From Pseudogymnoascus verrucosus (Eukaryota), in NCBI GenBank assembly GCA_001662655.1, contig KV460253.1: 64,000 nucleotides of DNA; one strand, 5' to 3'. Below, one piece after another: positions 37,649 to 48,333 of the stretch; within the stretch, counting starts at the first letter, position 1; every line of letters starts with the position of its first letter. The notes beneath the pieces are model-generated. The model made no database searches. It had not been told where the DNA came from and saw only the letters and a list, made by a program, of their open reading frames with translations. The translations under genes and the position numbers were made by a program.

Positions 37649-37907
37649 ATTGCGTATCATATATGTGTGCGTGTGTATTTTACATCTGAGCAGAAGTGCT
37701 TGATCAAGTCTCGCATCCTCGAGTTCTCTAGCGGGACAAAGGACGCTACGGGTGGACTTCCGTACTAGGACGCTCAGTGGTGAGCGTGGAGACTAGTATT
37801 TTGAGATTAGAAATATCATGGTATTTCTACATGTTGTTTTAACGTTTGCATACCGTCGCGAATTCTGACATGGGCTAATGGTCGCCAAATTCACTGCTAT
37901 TAGTGCA

Positions 37908-39302
37908 TCACCCATCGTGCCTCGCATACTTCACAAACTCCTCATCGACCCTTAACTGCTCCATATCCTCTTCTCGTAGACACATTGCCACCGCGATCTC
38001 GCCGTCACACGCCCGCGGCATAAAATACACAAAACTCTGGAGCGGCGCGAACCGTGGCCGCCTCACCGCCTCCGGGAAGCCGAGCCCCAGATTAAAGTTC
38101 AAGCTATAGCAATCAGTCTTGGCCCATGAGCTCAGCATAACATCGACTGATAAATCTATCGAGGAAGCAGGAGAGACCATCGACTTGTCGGCCTGGGAGT
38201 GCAAGTATGTAGCCAAGGCGCGCGTGTGGAAGGGCAGAATCGTGGTCTTAAGATCCAGAGCGACGCGCAACGCGGATGCTATCTCCCCCAGGGGCAGCGC
38301 GACGAGCTTCCGCAGCTGATACGTCGTGTACGTCATGTTCTGCACTATGCCTGTGTACGTGGCTGGTACGTCGACATAGCGCCGCACGTCGACGGCGCGC
38401 GCAAAGGTCGCTTCTGTGGTTGGTGGTAAGCGGGCGAGGCGTGCGCGCATGATGCTTTGCCAAACAAATGCGCTGAGAGCGTCATCAGTAGAAACGTAGC
38501 TGGAACCGGGCGAGCGCGTTTCGAGAGCGATTGACTTCAGAGCTGCGAGGGATGCAGGAGACAAGACAAAACTAGCCCAGACGCATCTCGGAGGCGGTGC
38601 TACAGGAGTTTGGGTGCTCCCGCCAGTGCCTGGTATTGGTTTGACGAGATGAGATGCAAGCTCAGGACCTTGTTAGTAACTGTCAAGTAAGGGGATGACG
38701 TTTCGTCACTCAAGATTGCCAGAAGACAGCTCGTCGCTTGTGAATTGTTCATTATGGCAAGCCTTGGAGAGGAGATGGATCACCTGCCCCTGCCCTGTTA
38801 TGTCCATTGTTTGGTGCTGACCGAGGAACGTGAGCACTAAACCGCCGACGATGAAATTTGCCTGTAAAAGGAACACTGGCGAATTTGACTCGGTTTCTTC
38901 TGCTACATCCGTTCCGGGAAAGGTGTTTCGAGGTGCGATAACGGACTCATCCAACTTTTTCATTGGGAAATTGGCTTGTCTGAGGGCCTGCATTGTCGGA
39001 GCCAAGGGGTCATTTCTGAGGTCCTTGACCACCAAACGCGGTATGTTCCCTAATGCCTTGATCTTGAAGACACCAGTATTTCCATCGCCTGAGCCTTCGC
39101 CAATGACCTGACCTGCTACCCATGGAAAGCTAGCTGTGAGGCGCTCGAGGCCAGATCTCAACGTACTAATGACCCTGGATTGCGCGAAGGCATCGGGTAG
39201 TGGAAAGCAGAGGCATATCTGAGTGTGTATATTGAGTCTTGGTTGCTGTCCAAAAATGTCCAGACAGACGTCAACGTCGGTTACAATCGCCGAGCTTTGC
39301 AT
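37908..39302 (-). pseudogene. TRI101-like (trichothecene 3-O-) acetyltransferase, BAHD fold, two premature stops
   Basis: LDIFGQQPRLNIHTQICLCF, HQTMD (HxxxD), STDDALSAFVW, SSWAK...NFNLGLG..EAVRRP; in-frame TGA 38708-38706 and TAA 38675-38673. Confidence 0.85.
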
Positions 39303-40835
39303 AATCGGTTACTTTCAAGACCATTTATATAGAAGGAAATTAGACGGGCAAAAAGAATATTGAGTCTGCGGTAAGAGCTTATATGGGATTTATTCAGCAG
39401 ACAACTGTTCTAGCATGTGCTCCTAGTGGTACAGCAGACGAAGGTGCGAAGTAGGGTGTGGAGAGTGTCAAAGAGGGTCCAAAGCAGATCGGTTAAGCTT
39501 TTGCTTTTTGCTTGGTAATTCCTTGTTACTTAGCGTTGCCGCCAGAGGCCCGTCGAGGAGGGCCTCTACCAACATTGATACACAATTATTCCACGCCGCG
39601 CGGTGGTTTGTCGTTACACATATTGCATGATAACGAGAGTGCGAAGAATTGAGCGAATTTTACGGGCAGGCTAGCCACCGCCTTCGCCAAAAAAAGCTCG
39701 TTCTAGTCAACGATGGTAGCAAACGAAAAAGATTATGGTGCCAAGGAAACTACAGCACATGCATTCAGGCCCATGACCGGCATTTTCTCATACAAGACCG
39801 CCGGGATGCATATGCGATAGTTTGAGAAGGTGTGTAGTAGAAGTTGGCGGACGTACGAGTTCGAGTCCATGAACGATTGGCTTTTGATTAAGCCATCGTC
39901 TTCGTAAGGACATCCAGCCCCGGTTATTAATGTTATAGCTTCGAGGGAAAGTTTGTTTAGCTGGCAAGTAGCCCATATAGCTGAGCATCTGTCTTGGAAT
40001 ACAGGTTCCCAACTCCCAGCTGGATTTTGAAGGATTAGCACGTTCAAAAATTTGTCATGGAAAATGTAGCTAACCTGAAACTCTTTATGGTCTTATCCTC
40101 TAATTGCTCGAGTAACCTCATAGCAGTAGTTGCTAGGTTTTGGAATTTTGTTCGTCCTCTAGCTTCCTTTCTTCCAATTCGTCGCCGAAATCATATTCAA
40201 GCTGATCATCAATATCCCTGAAATGAACACATCTCTCATCGAGATTTTTATGAAAAACAGCAAAACCCAGGTGGAGACCATTTGGCGATGTCACATCTGG
40301 GTTGTTAGAAGCACTGATGAGATCATGACGAAGAGGTTGACAAGCTGCTTGCTGTTGGTTTTGCGCTAGCAAGTAAGCATCGTTTCATGCAAGCAGTTTT
40401 GGGGAGAGATCATAAATTCAAAAATGCCCAATGTCAACTATTGACAGATATAAGGAGCATGGTACTCTTGTAATCGCAAAGTACTATCCACGAAATTTAT
40501 TGATTTTCGAGTTCTCCTGCACAAAGTCACTCCTGGGGAACGGCATACTACTCGTAAATTGCCTTGACTTTAGACATTATGCGATATCGTTCATAACTGT
40601 TGTACTCTTCCCTCCAAGTCCACTCACTCCATAGTGTATATGGATTATACCCACAGTCGCCTTTTTGAGGATCTTCTGGATTATAAGGCAATTGGTGCTG
40701 GTGGCGGTCATCAATCTGCTAAGCCGTACTGACTTGACCGATGCTTATATAAGTCCCAGTGTAAGAAATTATAGAAACTCTTTCGTCCAAGCCCCCCTTC
40801 GAATCACTATCAAGCCTTTAGAGCGAGGCTCAAAT

Positions 40836-41249
40836 ATGGACGACATGGATTTGGTAGAGAATACATCGAATGCAAAACCTTTCCAGTGTGACTGGCAGAC
40901 CTGCGGCAAAGTAACTTCTTCAGTCACTATTTTTGAGTGGGATAGTCAGCTGATCTTGTACCATGGAGCTTTAAGCGTAACCTTGGCTTTCAAGTACACT
41001 ACCGGATTCACACCAATGAGAGGCCTTACCCTCTTATGACACCTGGCTGGGGGAAGCGCTTCGTCCAGATAGGTGCCTTAACTGTTCACATCCGAACCCA
41101 TAAGGGGGAGAAGCCTCATCAGTGTAATCACATTGGATGTAGAAAACGGTTCGCTGCTGTAAATACTACGGCTCGTCGTTTCTATCCCTTCTAATTTAAA
41201 GAAGACTTCAAGTCTTGCCAGACATCGCCGGATACACATCGGGAAGCGA
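40836..41249 (+). pseudogene. Degenerate, truncated multi-C2H2 zinc-finger transcription factor
   Basis: KPFQCDWQTCGK|SFKR...HYRIHTNERPYPLMTPGWGKRF (both Cys lost)...HIRTHKGEKPHQCNHIGCRKRF|SSLARHRRIH; first acceptor reads CATGG; homology ends after finger 3. Confidence 0.75.
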
Positions 41250-41516
41250 CACGAGCGAATCGGAGAGTGGATCCCATCCATCACGTCAGGCACCGGCCGG
41301 TCAACCTCCTGTCATCGACATTGAACAAATGAACGAGCTCGACGCAGCTGAGGTCATTATCGATGCTACGATAGTGTGCCAATCCAGCAAGATTACGCTC
41401 CTGACTACTACGTTCAGGATTTCACAATTTATACTCAATCGTTTATCAAGGAGAATCTTGCCGAATCTCAGACAATTACATAATTAGGAAGAGAGCGATT
41501 CTAAACGACCCCAGGC

Positions 41517-43292
41517 TTAAAAGACAAGACCCTTTGTCTGCTTGATACCAATGACATTGATGTCTCGCCACATGATAATTGCAATGAAACCAAGAGCCCA
41601 AACGGCAGTACCCGCAGTGAACAGGTACATCTGTGCATCTCCGTACGCATGCTGAATGGCTGAGCGAGTAGGTGTACCAACCTGGAACGACAGCTGTGTG
41701 ACGATGTCCGTATAGATCGTGACCAGGTTTGGAAGTTCTTCGACAGGAAGGTACAGGGCGAGCCGGTTAGGCATGACATTTTGCCAGATGGCGGCGGAAA
41801 TAGTCAAGCCAATGGCAGAGCCAATGCTTCCAAACATTGAAACCATAGCGATGCTAATGGCAAAGTATTGTTGCTCGGCAGTGGCGGCCAAGACAGCAAT
41901 CTCGTCGGTGATCATGACAACACCGCTGGCGAAAGAGATGAAGATCTGGCACATGATGATATAGCCAATCGCCTGGTCAGGCTGGTGGAAGTGGATCATC
42001 AAGCCGAGTCCCAGAATTGTCAGAGGAAGAGCGAAGTAGAGAGCGACGGGTTTGTAGCGTCCGGTGTAGGAGATGACTCCGCCAGCGATCACAGCAAAGG
42101 TGAAGCCCCCCACGGTGTTTATCTGGGAGACGTAACTAGCATGTGTGACGCTCAGGTCATGAACTACCATGAGAATGGAGGTGAAGTACATGGCCCAGGA
42201 GGCGTAGCTGAGAAAGAGTGTGAAGGAAAGGAGACAGGCGCCGGCGACTGTACGATCTTGAAGAAACCTCCATGGAAATATGGAGACTTCGGCGAAGGAT
42301 TTTTCCCAAACCGCAAAAGCAGCCAGAAGTACAATGCCGAAGACAAGAAAACATATGACAAGGGCAGAACCCCATCCTTTGGCTTGCATGGTGTAAAGGT
42401 TGAATGGCAGGAGAACAAAAGCGACGCCGACGGATAGCAGAAAAAGTCCGACGGCATCGAACTCTCGCAGGTAGTAGGCTACGGATTCCCATGGTGTGCG
42501 TCCACTCACACGCTTCGGAACAAGACCCTGCTTCTTTGCCTTCGAGAAATGAAACATGAAGAGACCGAAGAGCGGGAGGGTGGCGCAGGGGACGATGATG
42601 CTCTCCATTCCAAAGGCCCAGCGCCATCCAGGTCCGTTCAGAAAAGCCGTAGAGACTGGTCCTCCTAGCCAGGCAGTGATCAGATATGGTGAGCTGCACA
42701 AAGACTGGATGAGACCTCGATTGCGCAGCGAGGTCGTATCGGCGAGGAAGACGCTCAGACTGTATCCGATTCCATTGATTCCCACCGTGTAGAAGACTTG
42801 CGATGCAGCGTAAGCCTCGACGTTGTTGCAGGCAGCCGACATGATCAGACCAGCACTCGCAAATAAGACGCAGAGAAGAAATCCTTGCGGGCGGCCAAAG
42901 ATGTCCAGAGTTTTGGCAATGCTGAGATTCGTGACACCGCCAATGACAGCGCTCATGACACCTGTGGTTGGCGTGAGGGAGTGCTCGGCGAAGGCAGAAG
43001 TGACAAAAGGAAGAAGAGCTGCACTGATCCCAGCAACCAGGCCTTGCACAAAGTAGACGAGCCAGATGAGAACAAAGGCAATGATCAGTGAAGTGCGTGA
43101 CCAAGATAGGGTCACAGCCCCGATATCCTGGATACCACGTTGATAGTTGGCGTCCACAGAGCCATCGCTAGAAGGGGTGTCATTGGGATGGCGCATGGAT
43201 TCGTCCGAGTCGTGAAGGGTGTCCCGAACGGTCGGGTGAACACCATCGTCCTTTTTCGTATCATGGTGATCGGCTTCGAGGTCGGTTGCCAT
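41517..43292 (-). CDS. Siderophore-iron transporter (MFS, SIT/ARN/MirB family)
   Basis: 591-aa intronless ORF; PFVTSAFAEHSL, DIFGRPQG, ADTTSLRNRG, AIQHAYGDAQ. Confidence 0.9.
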   Translation of the reverse strand: MATDLEADHHDTKKDDGVHPTVRDTLHDSDESMRHPNDTPSSDGSVDANYQRGIQDIGAVTLSWSRTSLIIAFVLIWLVYFVQGLVAGISAALLPFVTSAFAEHSLTPTTGVMSAVIGGVTNLSIAKTLDIFGRPQGFLLCVLFASAGLIMSAACNNVEAYAASQVFYTVGINGIGYSLSVFLADTTSLRNRGLIQSLCSSPYLITAWLGGPVSTAFLNGPGWRWAFGMESIIVPCATLPLFGLFMFHFSKAKKQGLVPKRVSGRTPWESVAYYLREFDAVGLFLLSVGVAFVLLPFNLYTMQAKGWGSALVICFLVFGIVLLAAFAVWEKSFAEVSIFPWRFLQDRTVAGACLLSFTLFLSYASWAMYFTSILMVVHDLSVTHASYVSQINTVGGFTFAVIAGGVISYTGRYKPVALYFALPLTILGLGLMIHFHQPDQAIGYIIMCQIFISFASGVVMITDEIAVLAATAEQQYFAISIAMVSMFGSIGSAIGLTISAAIWQNVMPNRLALYLPVEELPNLVTIYTDIVTQLSFQVGTPTRSAIQHAYGDAQMYLFTAGTAVWALGFIAIIMWRDINVIGIKQTKGLVF

Positions 43293-44166
43293 GTTTGTTA
43301 TTGATGCGGATGTTGATTATATCGGCCGGATTTCCCACTCGAGTAATGAGAAAGGCTATGAAACCTTGAAGAGAGAGGGCGAGCGAGTTGAGGGAGAGGG
43401 GAGAGGGGAGGGTAAGCGACGAGATCGAAAGAGAGAGGACGACGAGGGAGAGGGAGAGAAATAGCGAGGTAGAGAGGGAAATGCAGAGGGAGATAGAGGC
43501 AGCCGGGCAGCCGGGCAGTCATGATATCGTGACCGCAGGGAGATTTGCAGTCTCGCCATGCGTTGGTTTTCGTGACAAACATGGGTGCGAATCAGCTCTA
43601 ACGTGCTCGTTCTGGAGCAGGCTTGCTGCGCCGGTGGGGGGCGCCTCTGAGAACGAAATGGGCCGGCCGTGATTCCAAGACAACTTCGGATCCACGTAGT
43701 GTATGGAGGACTCTACCCGAGATGGAGACGGGAATAGAGATGGAGATTCACTTGAGTATCGCGAGCCTAGCTTGAGTGGGTTTCTCGCTACATAGGGACG
43801 GACGTTATCTTATAACCAAAGGCAGTCCGTGCATCGGATCTGTTGTAATCCAGCCCCAATGGCTGGCACAGCTGAGATAACCAGTGGCGCACCGGCCAGT
43901 CAGCAGCTGAGTACCCCGCCTTTTAGGTGCTCACGCACGCGATACAACATGCATTTATAACATACCATAGTGTTATGTATTTCTTACGCCCCCAACCCTT
44001 AAAATAGGCAATCCTTCCAAAAATGTATACGCGACACCATAGGAGCAGTCGATATCCTAGTTCATAGCTAGCTTATAACGTCAGATTTAAGGGCAGTTTC
44101 AAGAACCAAGAATATGAATCCCAAGTTCTCTAAAGCGTCCTCACCTCCACATCAAGAGTCACAAAC

Positions 44167-44313
44167 ATGGCGAAGACAAGCATCATCTTTGTTGCCGGCG
44201 GCTGGCACACCGAATTCCACCTCCAGCCAATTACCCCCTACCTCGAAGCCCACGGCTACCGTGTGGTGCCTGTCAAGGTCCCCACGGGCGCAAGGAGTCA
44301 GTGGGAGGTGTGA
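44167..44313 (+). pseudogene. 5' fragment of an alpha/beta-hydrolase gene
   Basis: MAKTSIIFVAGGWHTEFHLQPITPYLEAHGYRVVPVKVP resembles the IVFVPGAWH start of fungal alpha/beta hydrolases; no downstream GxSxG found. Confidence 0.55.
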
Positions 44314-44819
44314 GGGCTGTAGGGACAACCACGCCGAGTTTAACTTATCGTCTGGCGGGCGTTGCTCTGGCTCCACTTGTAGCATCTTTTCAGAGTAAGA
44401 CAGAACTTTGTGGCACCACTTATCCGGTTGAAGCAATGGCTTTAGTGTCTATAAACCGGTGTACCTGGTCAACGGATTCTGCATATGAACGACCGCCCCG
44501 AGACGTTAAACTCTCCTCGAGCATTTCACGCTTCGAGGGATACAGCTCGGTAATACTGCTTCTTTGACTTGACAGTAGCGTCGAGGTATAGGACCTAGAA
44601 GCAGGCCACTGCCTTCACCACGTGCTCCGGAGGCGGACGGTACGCATCGTCGACTCCCAACGCCTCGCTCCAGCCGGTGAGACTGCCCGCGTCGTCCATC
44701 TTGGGGATCTTGGTGAGCTGGTCATCACCTGATTGATGGCCCCGATGATGATCCGTCACCCAATAGTCTTGATGATCTCGCCATAGCCGCTGGACATTTG
44801 GGCATCACAGTACTGCTGG

Positions 44820-45283
44820 CTAGCTTCTGCTACTTATCCCTTGAAAAGTGGAGCAATTCTGCTCCAGTAGCTGATATCACGAAAAGCATGGCTCATAAGT
44901 ACTAGCGGGATAATTGAGCTGTGAGTATTACCTTTCCTCGCGGGGAGGTCCAGAAGGCGCAAGGGGGGCGCCCTTGGGATATCCTCTCTCTGTTGCTATT
45001 CTTCGTTGAAGCTTCTGTACCTGGCATTAGCAAGATGATCTTTAATTGGCATAGACAAGCCGCTTTCCCTTCGGTGTCCTCTCTTCACATTGAGAGATTC
45101 ACTGGCCAACAACATATGTATTAGCCGCTGTTGTAAAATTGATTTCGAGATTCCTTACAGTTCAGCCTCTGTAATATCCAGCAAATCATGCCACGTAAAG
45201 AAACCAGCTGCAATAAAGTCATCAAAATATTGTGAGATTGACAACGAGCGCAGGACATCTGTGAGACTTTCCATAGATGACAT
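44820..45283 (-). pseudogene. Small SAM (sterile alpha motif)-only gene; second intron donor is GA rather than GT
   Basis: Spliced MSSMESLTDVLRSLSISQYFDDFIAAGFFTWHDLLDITEAEL|ESLNVKRGHRR|KLQRRIATERG matches the SAM consensus; intron 2 (45067-45015) starts GAAAGC and has a CTAAT branch point and CAG acceptor. Confidence 0.7.
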
Positions 45284-45659
45284 AGTTTGAATGTTCGATC
45301 TCTAAATCTTCACTAAACTTGGATGTATTTGCTGTTGGATGCGATAAGGAATTTTCATCAAACGCATCTCTGACTGTTGGGATGGGATATGCATCATCAA
45401 GGGTTATTGCGTTCGAACTATACGCAGGCCATCATATTATGGTCAGGCCTTTTCAGGGGCAATTGGAGACAACACCTTCAATCGAGTCGAGACACGCCGA
45501 ATCGCGAGCTTGCTATTGCTCGGATCCACAGCCTGCTCACAATCTCTGTCACCCTATCATATGCGCCTGATGCCTGACCACTCCAGTTCCCGCCTCTCAT
45601 CCTCTGGCGTGATCCTCAGCCTCATATCTCGCTCCTGGCCCAAGCTATCTCTATTATTC

Positions 45660-47010
45660 TATCTGCAAGAGCACTACTATTAGACATAAGTATCCTTTAG
45701 CTATATAAATGCAACCCTAAGACTTTCTAGATAGAATAGATAAGTTCTCTACTAGTTCTAGCTATGTAGCTAGGCTTATTATAATTAAAGTAAAGGCGTT
45801 CCTTAAGCTGTTGCTCCTTATTTAGGTTATAGGGTTAGTTGCCTTATTTAAAGGTAGCGTTAAGTTCTATTAGCTAAGGCTAATAGTTCTTTTACTTAGG
45901 CTTCTTCTAGATCTAGGTAGGTTTTTACCTACCTTTCTTAAGTCTATACTTATAATAACAGTTATTAATTAACATAGTAGTAAGGATTAGTTTCTCTAAA
46001 TCTTCTAGGTAGGTGCCTTAAGTAATCTTATCCTTAATAGAGTCCTTTAAACTATTATAGTACCTTACTTATAAGGCGTTATTATTCTAGTTAGTTTATC
46101 CTATATACTACTAGAATTCTATAGTATAGGATGTAACTAATCCTATATGTTAGATCTTTAGTAGGTGTTGTTCTACTATTCTCTTAGCGTCTAAGTTACT
46201 AAACACTTTAGTAATTTAGGCCTTAAATCCCTTCTAGGTCTTAAAGATTTCTCTAGTAGTAACTAACATATTAGTATAGAGTTGTCCCTTAGGTCCTTTC
46301 TTTTCTAAGTACTTATTAATAAAGAAGTTAATCTAGCTAAAGGCTACTCCTTTTAAGAGGGTAATAGCCTATAAGACTTAATTGGCTTCTCTTAATAACA
46401 TAAAGGAGTTAAACCTAATGTATAAGTTATACTTAAGGAGAAAAGCCTTAAGCTTATGTTATTTACTACTATAGGGTTTAGGCATCTAAACTTTAATAAC
46501 TTATTTACTTATAGTTAAGGTTACTACTATAGCTATTATAGCTAAGGGGGTAGTTAGCTCTAGGAACTTACTCTTTCTAATAGAAGATATGTTACTTTAT
46601 GTATAAGCTAGTACCTTATAAACGTAGTGCTTAAAGTATAACACTAGGTCTTAAACTATAAGACTTATAGAGGTTTTATTACATAGTTTACTTAATAGAG
46701 GAGGTAGAGGATTAGACATAAAGGCTTCTATAAAACATATTACTAGTATATAACAAATACTATATTAAGTTAAGTATAAAGCTCCTATTTAAGAACTATC
46801 TACCTACTTATATAGTAGCGTTATACTAAAGTAAATAGTTAGAATAGTAGACTCTCTAACTATTCTTATTATTCCTACTATTCTAAATTACATATATGTC
46901 CTATAAGAGGTACTATACTTATTATAGGTACTAATTCCTATAGGTAGAAGGGGCTATAATTTTTAGCATGAATAACACTTATATATAGATACTATGAACC
47001 TATAACTAAA
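45660..47010 (-). mobile_element. RIP-inactivated Ty3/Gypsy LTR-retrotransposon fragment (gag)
   Basis: Very AT/TpA-rich; minus frame reads PKPYSSK*HKLKAFLLKYNLYIRFN...*KGFKA*ITKVFSNLDAKR...VTSYTIEF**Y...RYYNSLKDSIKDKI and RLYFNYNKPSYIAR, which revert to a Gag capsid and a CX2CX4H zinc knuckle. Confidence 0.82.
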
Positions 47011-47128
47011 GTAATCTAGAGCATCGCGAAAGACATACATGATGATGCAGAATTTGTCTTAGACATGAATTCTCCGCGCCTCAGGAGGTGACTACTTAGT
47101 AAAATAGGCGCTGAAAAGCCACCTTCCA

Positions 47129-47875
47129 TCATGCAGCAACCTCGATGCCGGCTAGGAGTTTGCGCTCGACGTGCCACTATCATTATTATAATCAAAATAT
47201 TTTCTCAGACACGGCAAAGCAGCCACTTACCATTTTCCACGGTGCGTTCCATGCGAAAAGTATTGGAATCGCCTCCTTATACGCATCATTCTGCACAGAT
47301 TGCTCGAAACAATCCATACTTTCCCAACCCCTCGCAATAATAAAACACTTCGCCTTCTCATCTTCAATGTTTTCATGCTCTTGCTCTTCCAGAACCCAAC
47401 CAGACGACAAGCCGAGATCTCCCTTCACACCCTTCTTGTAGATCTTGTCAAATCGCGCAAAGTCCTCTTCGATTCTCCTCTGGAACTCTGGCGTGACGCG
47501 AGATGCTGGGAAGTAGCTCTGTACGAATTCCACGACAGGAGCTGCAACAGGCCCGTCTGAGCCGAATGCCGGGCGGCTGAGGACGACGTGGAAAATGTCG
47601 TCTGGCTTGCCACAGGAATTGCACACACTATCTGTGAAGGAACTATATTCCAAAGTAGCTTCAAGGTTTGCGTAGTTTTGAATACCATCCCATTCTGATG
47701 TAATCTGAACGCTGCGCTTGTCCTGAACCTGTGTGCCAAGAGCGAAGTACTGGGGGATTTTTACTCCTTTGAGCGCAATGGCAGCATTCTGAATCGTATC
47801 GTTGATTGTTGTTCGTAGCGCGTGGGAATCGAGTGATGGTTTCGCATTATACTGTATGATCTCAATGAGAGCCAT
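47129..47875 (-). CDS. Dimeric alpha-beta barrel (ABM-like) protein, 2 exons
   Basis: PVVEFVQSYFP...SSGWVLEE...ARGWESMD motifs; GTAAG intron before the final WHVERK exon. Confidence 0.7.
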
Positions 47876-48102
47876 CTTGTATAATGATATTTCAGCTGTA
47901 GTGACTCCTTATAAAAGTTCGTGGTCGAAGAAGTGATAAGTCTTAGTCAGCTTGGGAAAGGAGAATAGCGGTAAATTTTTGGTTACATTGGAATGTTTAT
48001 ATAGTAGACAGTAGCCCCGAGATATTCATTAATTTATAACCTGCCTTCCTATAAAATACCAAAACTAACGTTGTTGCCCTCGCCCGAGAGATAAATCCAA
48101 CC

Positions 48103-48142
48103 CCGAGCTCGGCGGACGAACTAGCTCTTCCGCTGAGCTCGG
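48103..48142. promoter_or_regulatory. Imperfect 14-bp inverted repeat rich in CGG/CCG triplets (candidate Zn2Cys6 sites)
   Basis: CCGAGCTCGGCGGA-N12-TCCGCTGAGCTCGG (13/14 match) in the divergent promoter. Confidence 0.5.
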
Positions 48143-48333
48143 CCAATCAGGGTCCTCAGACGAACCAGCATTAACTCCTCCGCTTTATAAGCAACTGGTC
48201 GGTCGAATTCCATATGAACAAACGACTCAAGATGGAATCTCCGAACGCTTGATCTCCGATACATAATGAAAGCGTCGGAGAAACAATGTCATCCTGACGT
48301 TTACTCGGTAGCTTCGTTGATGCACCCGAGAAC

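Noticed and set aside
38668..38709. GT...TACTAAC-AAG segment that could splice out both TRI101-like stops
   Set aside because: Only about 41 nt, branch point abuts the AG, removal frameshifts into a stop, and the segment encodes family-like residues (RNVIPLLD)
39733..40372. Two short minus-strand ORFs that look coding
   Set aside because: No recognisable motif or supportable exon model
42157..43104. 315-aa alternative-frame ORF within the siderophore transporter, and long antisense ORFs within other genes
   Set aside because: Shadow ORFs caused by codon bias of the real genes
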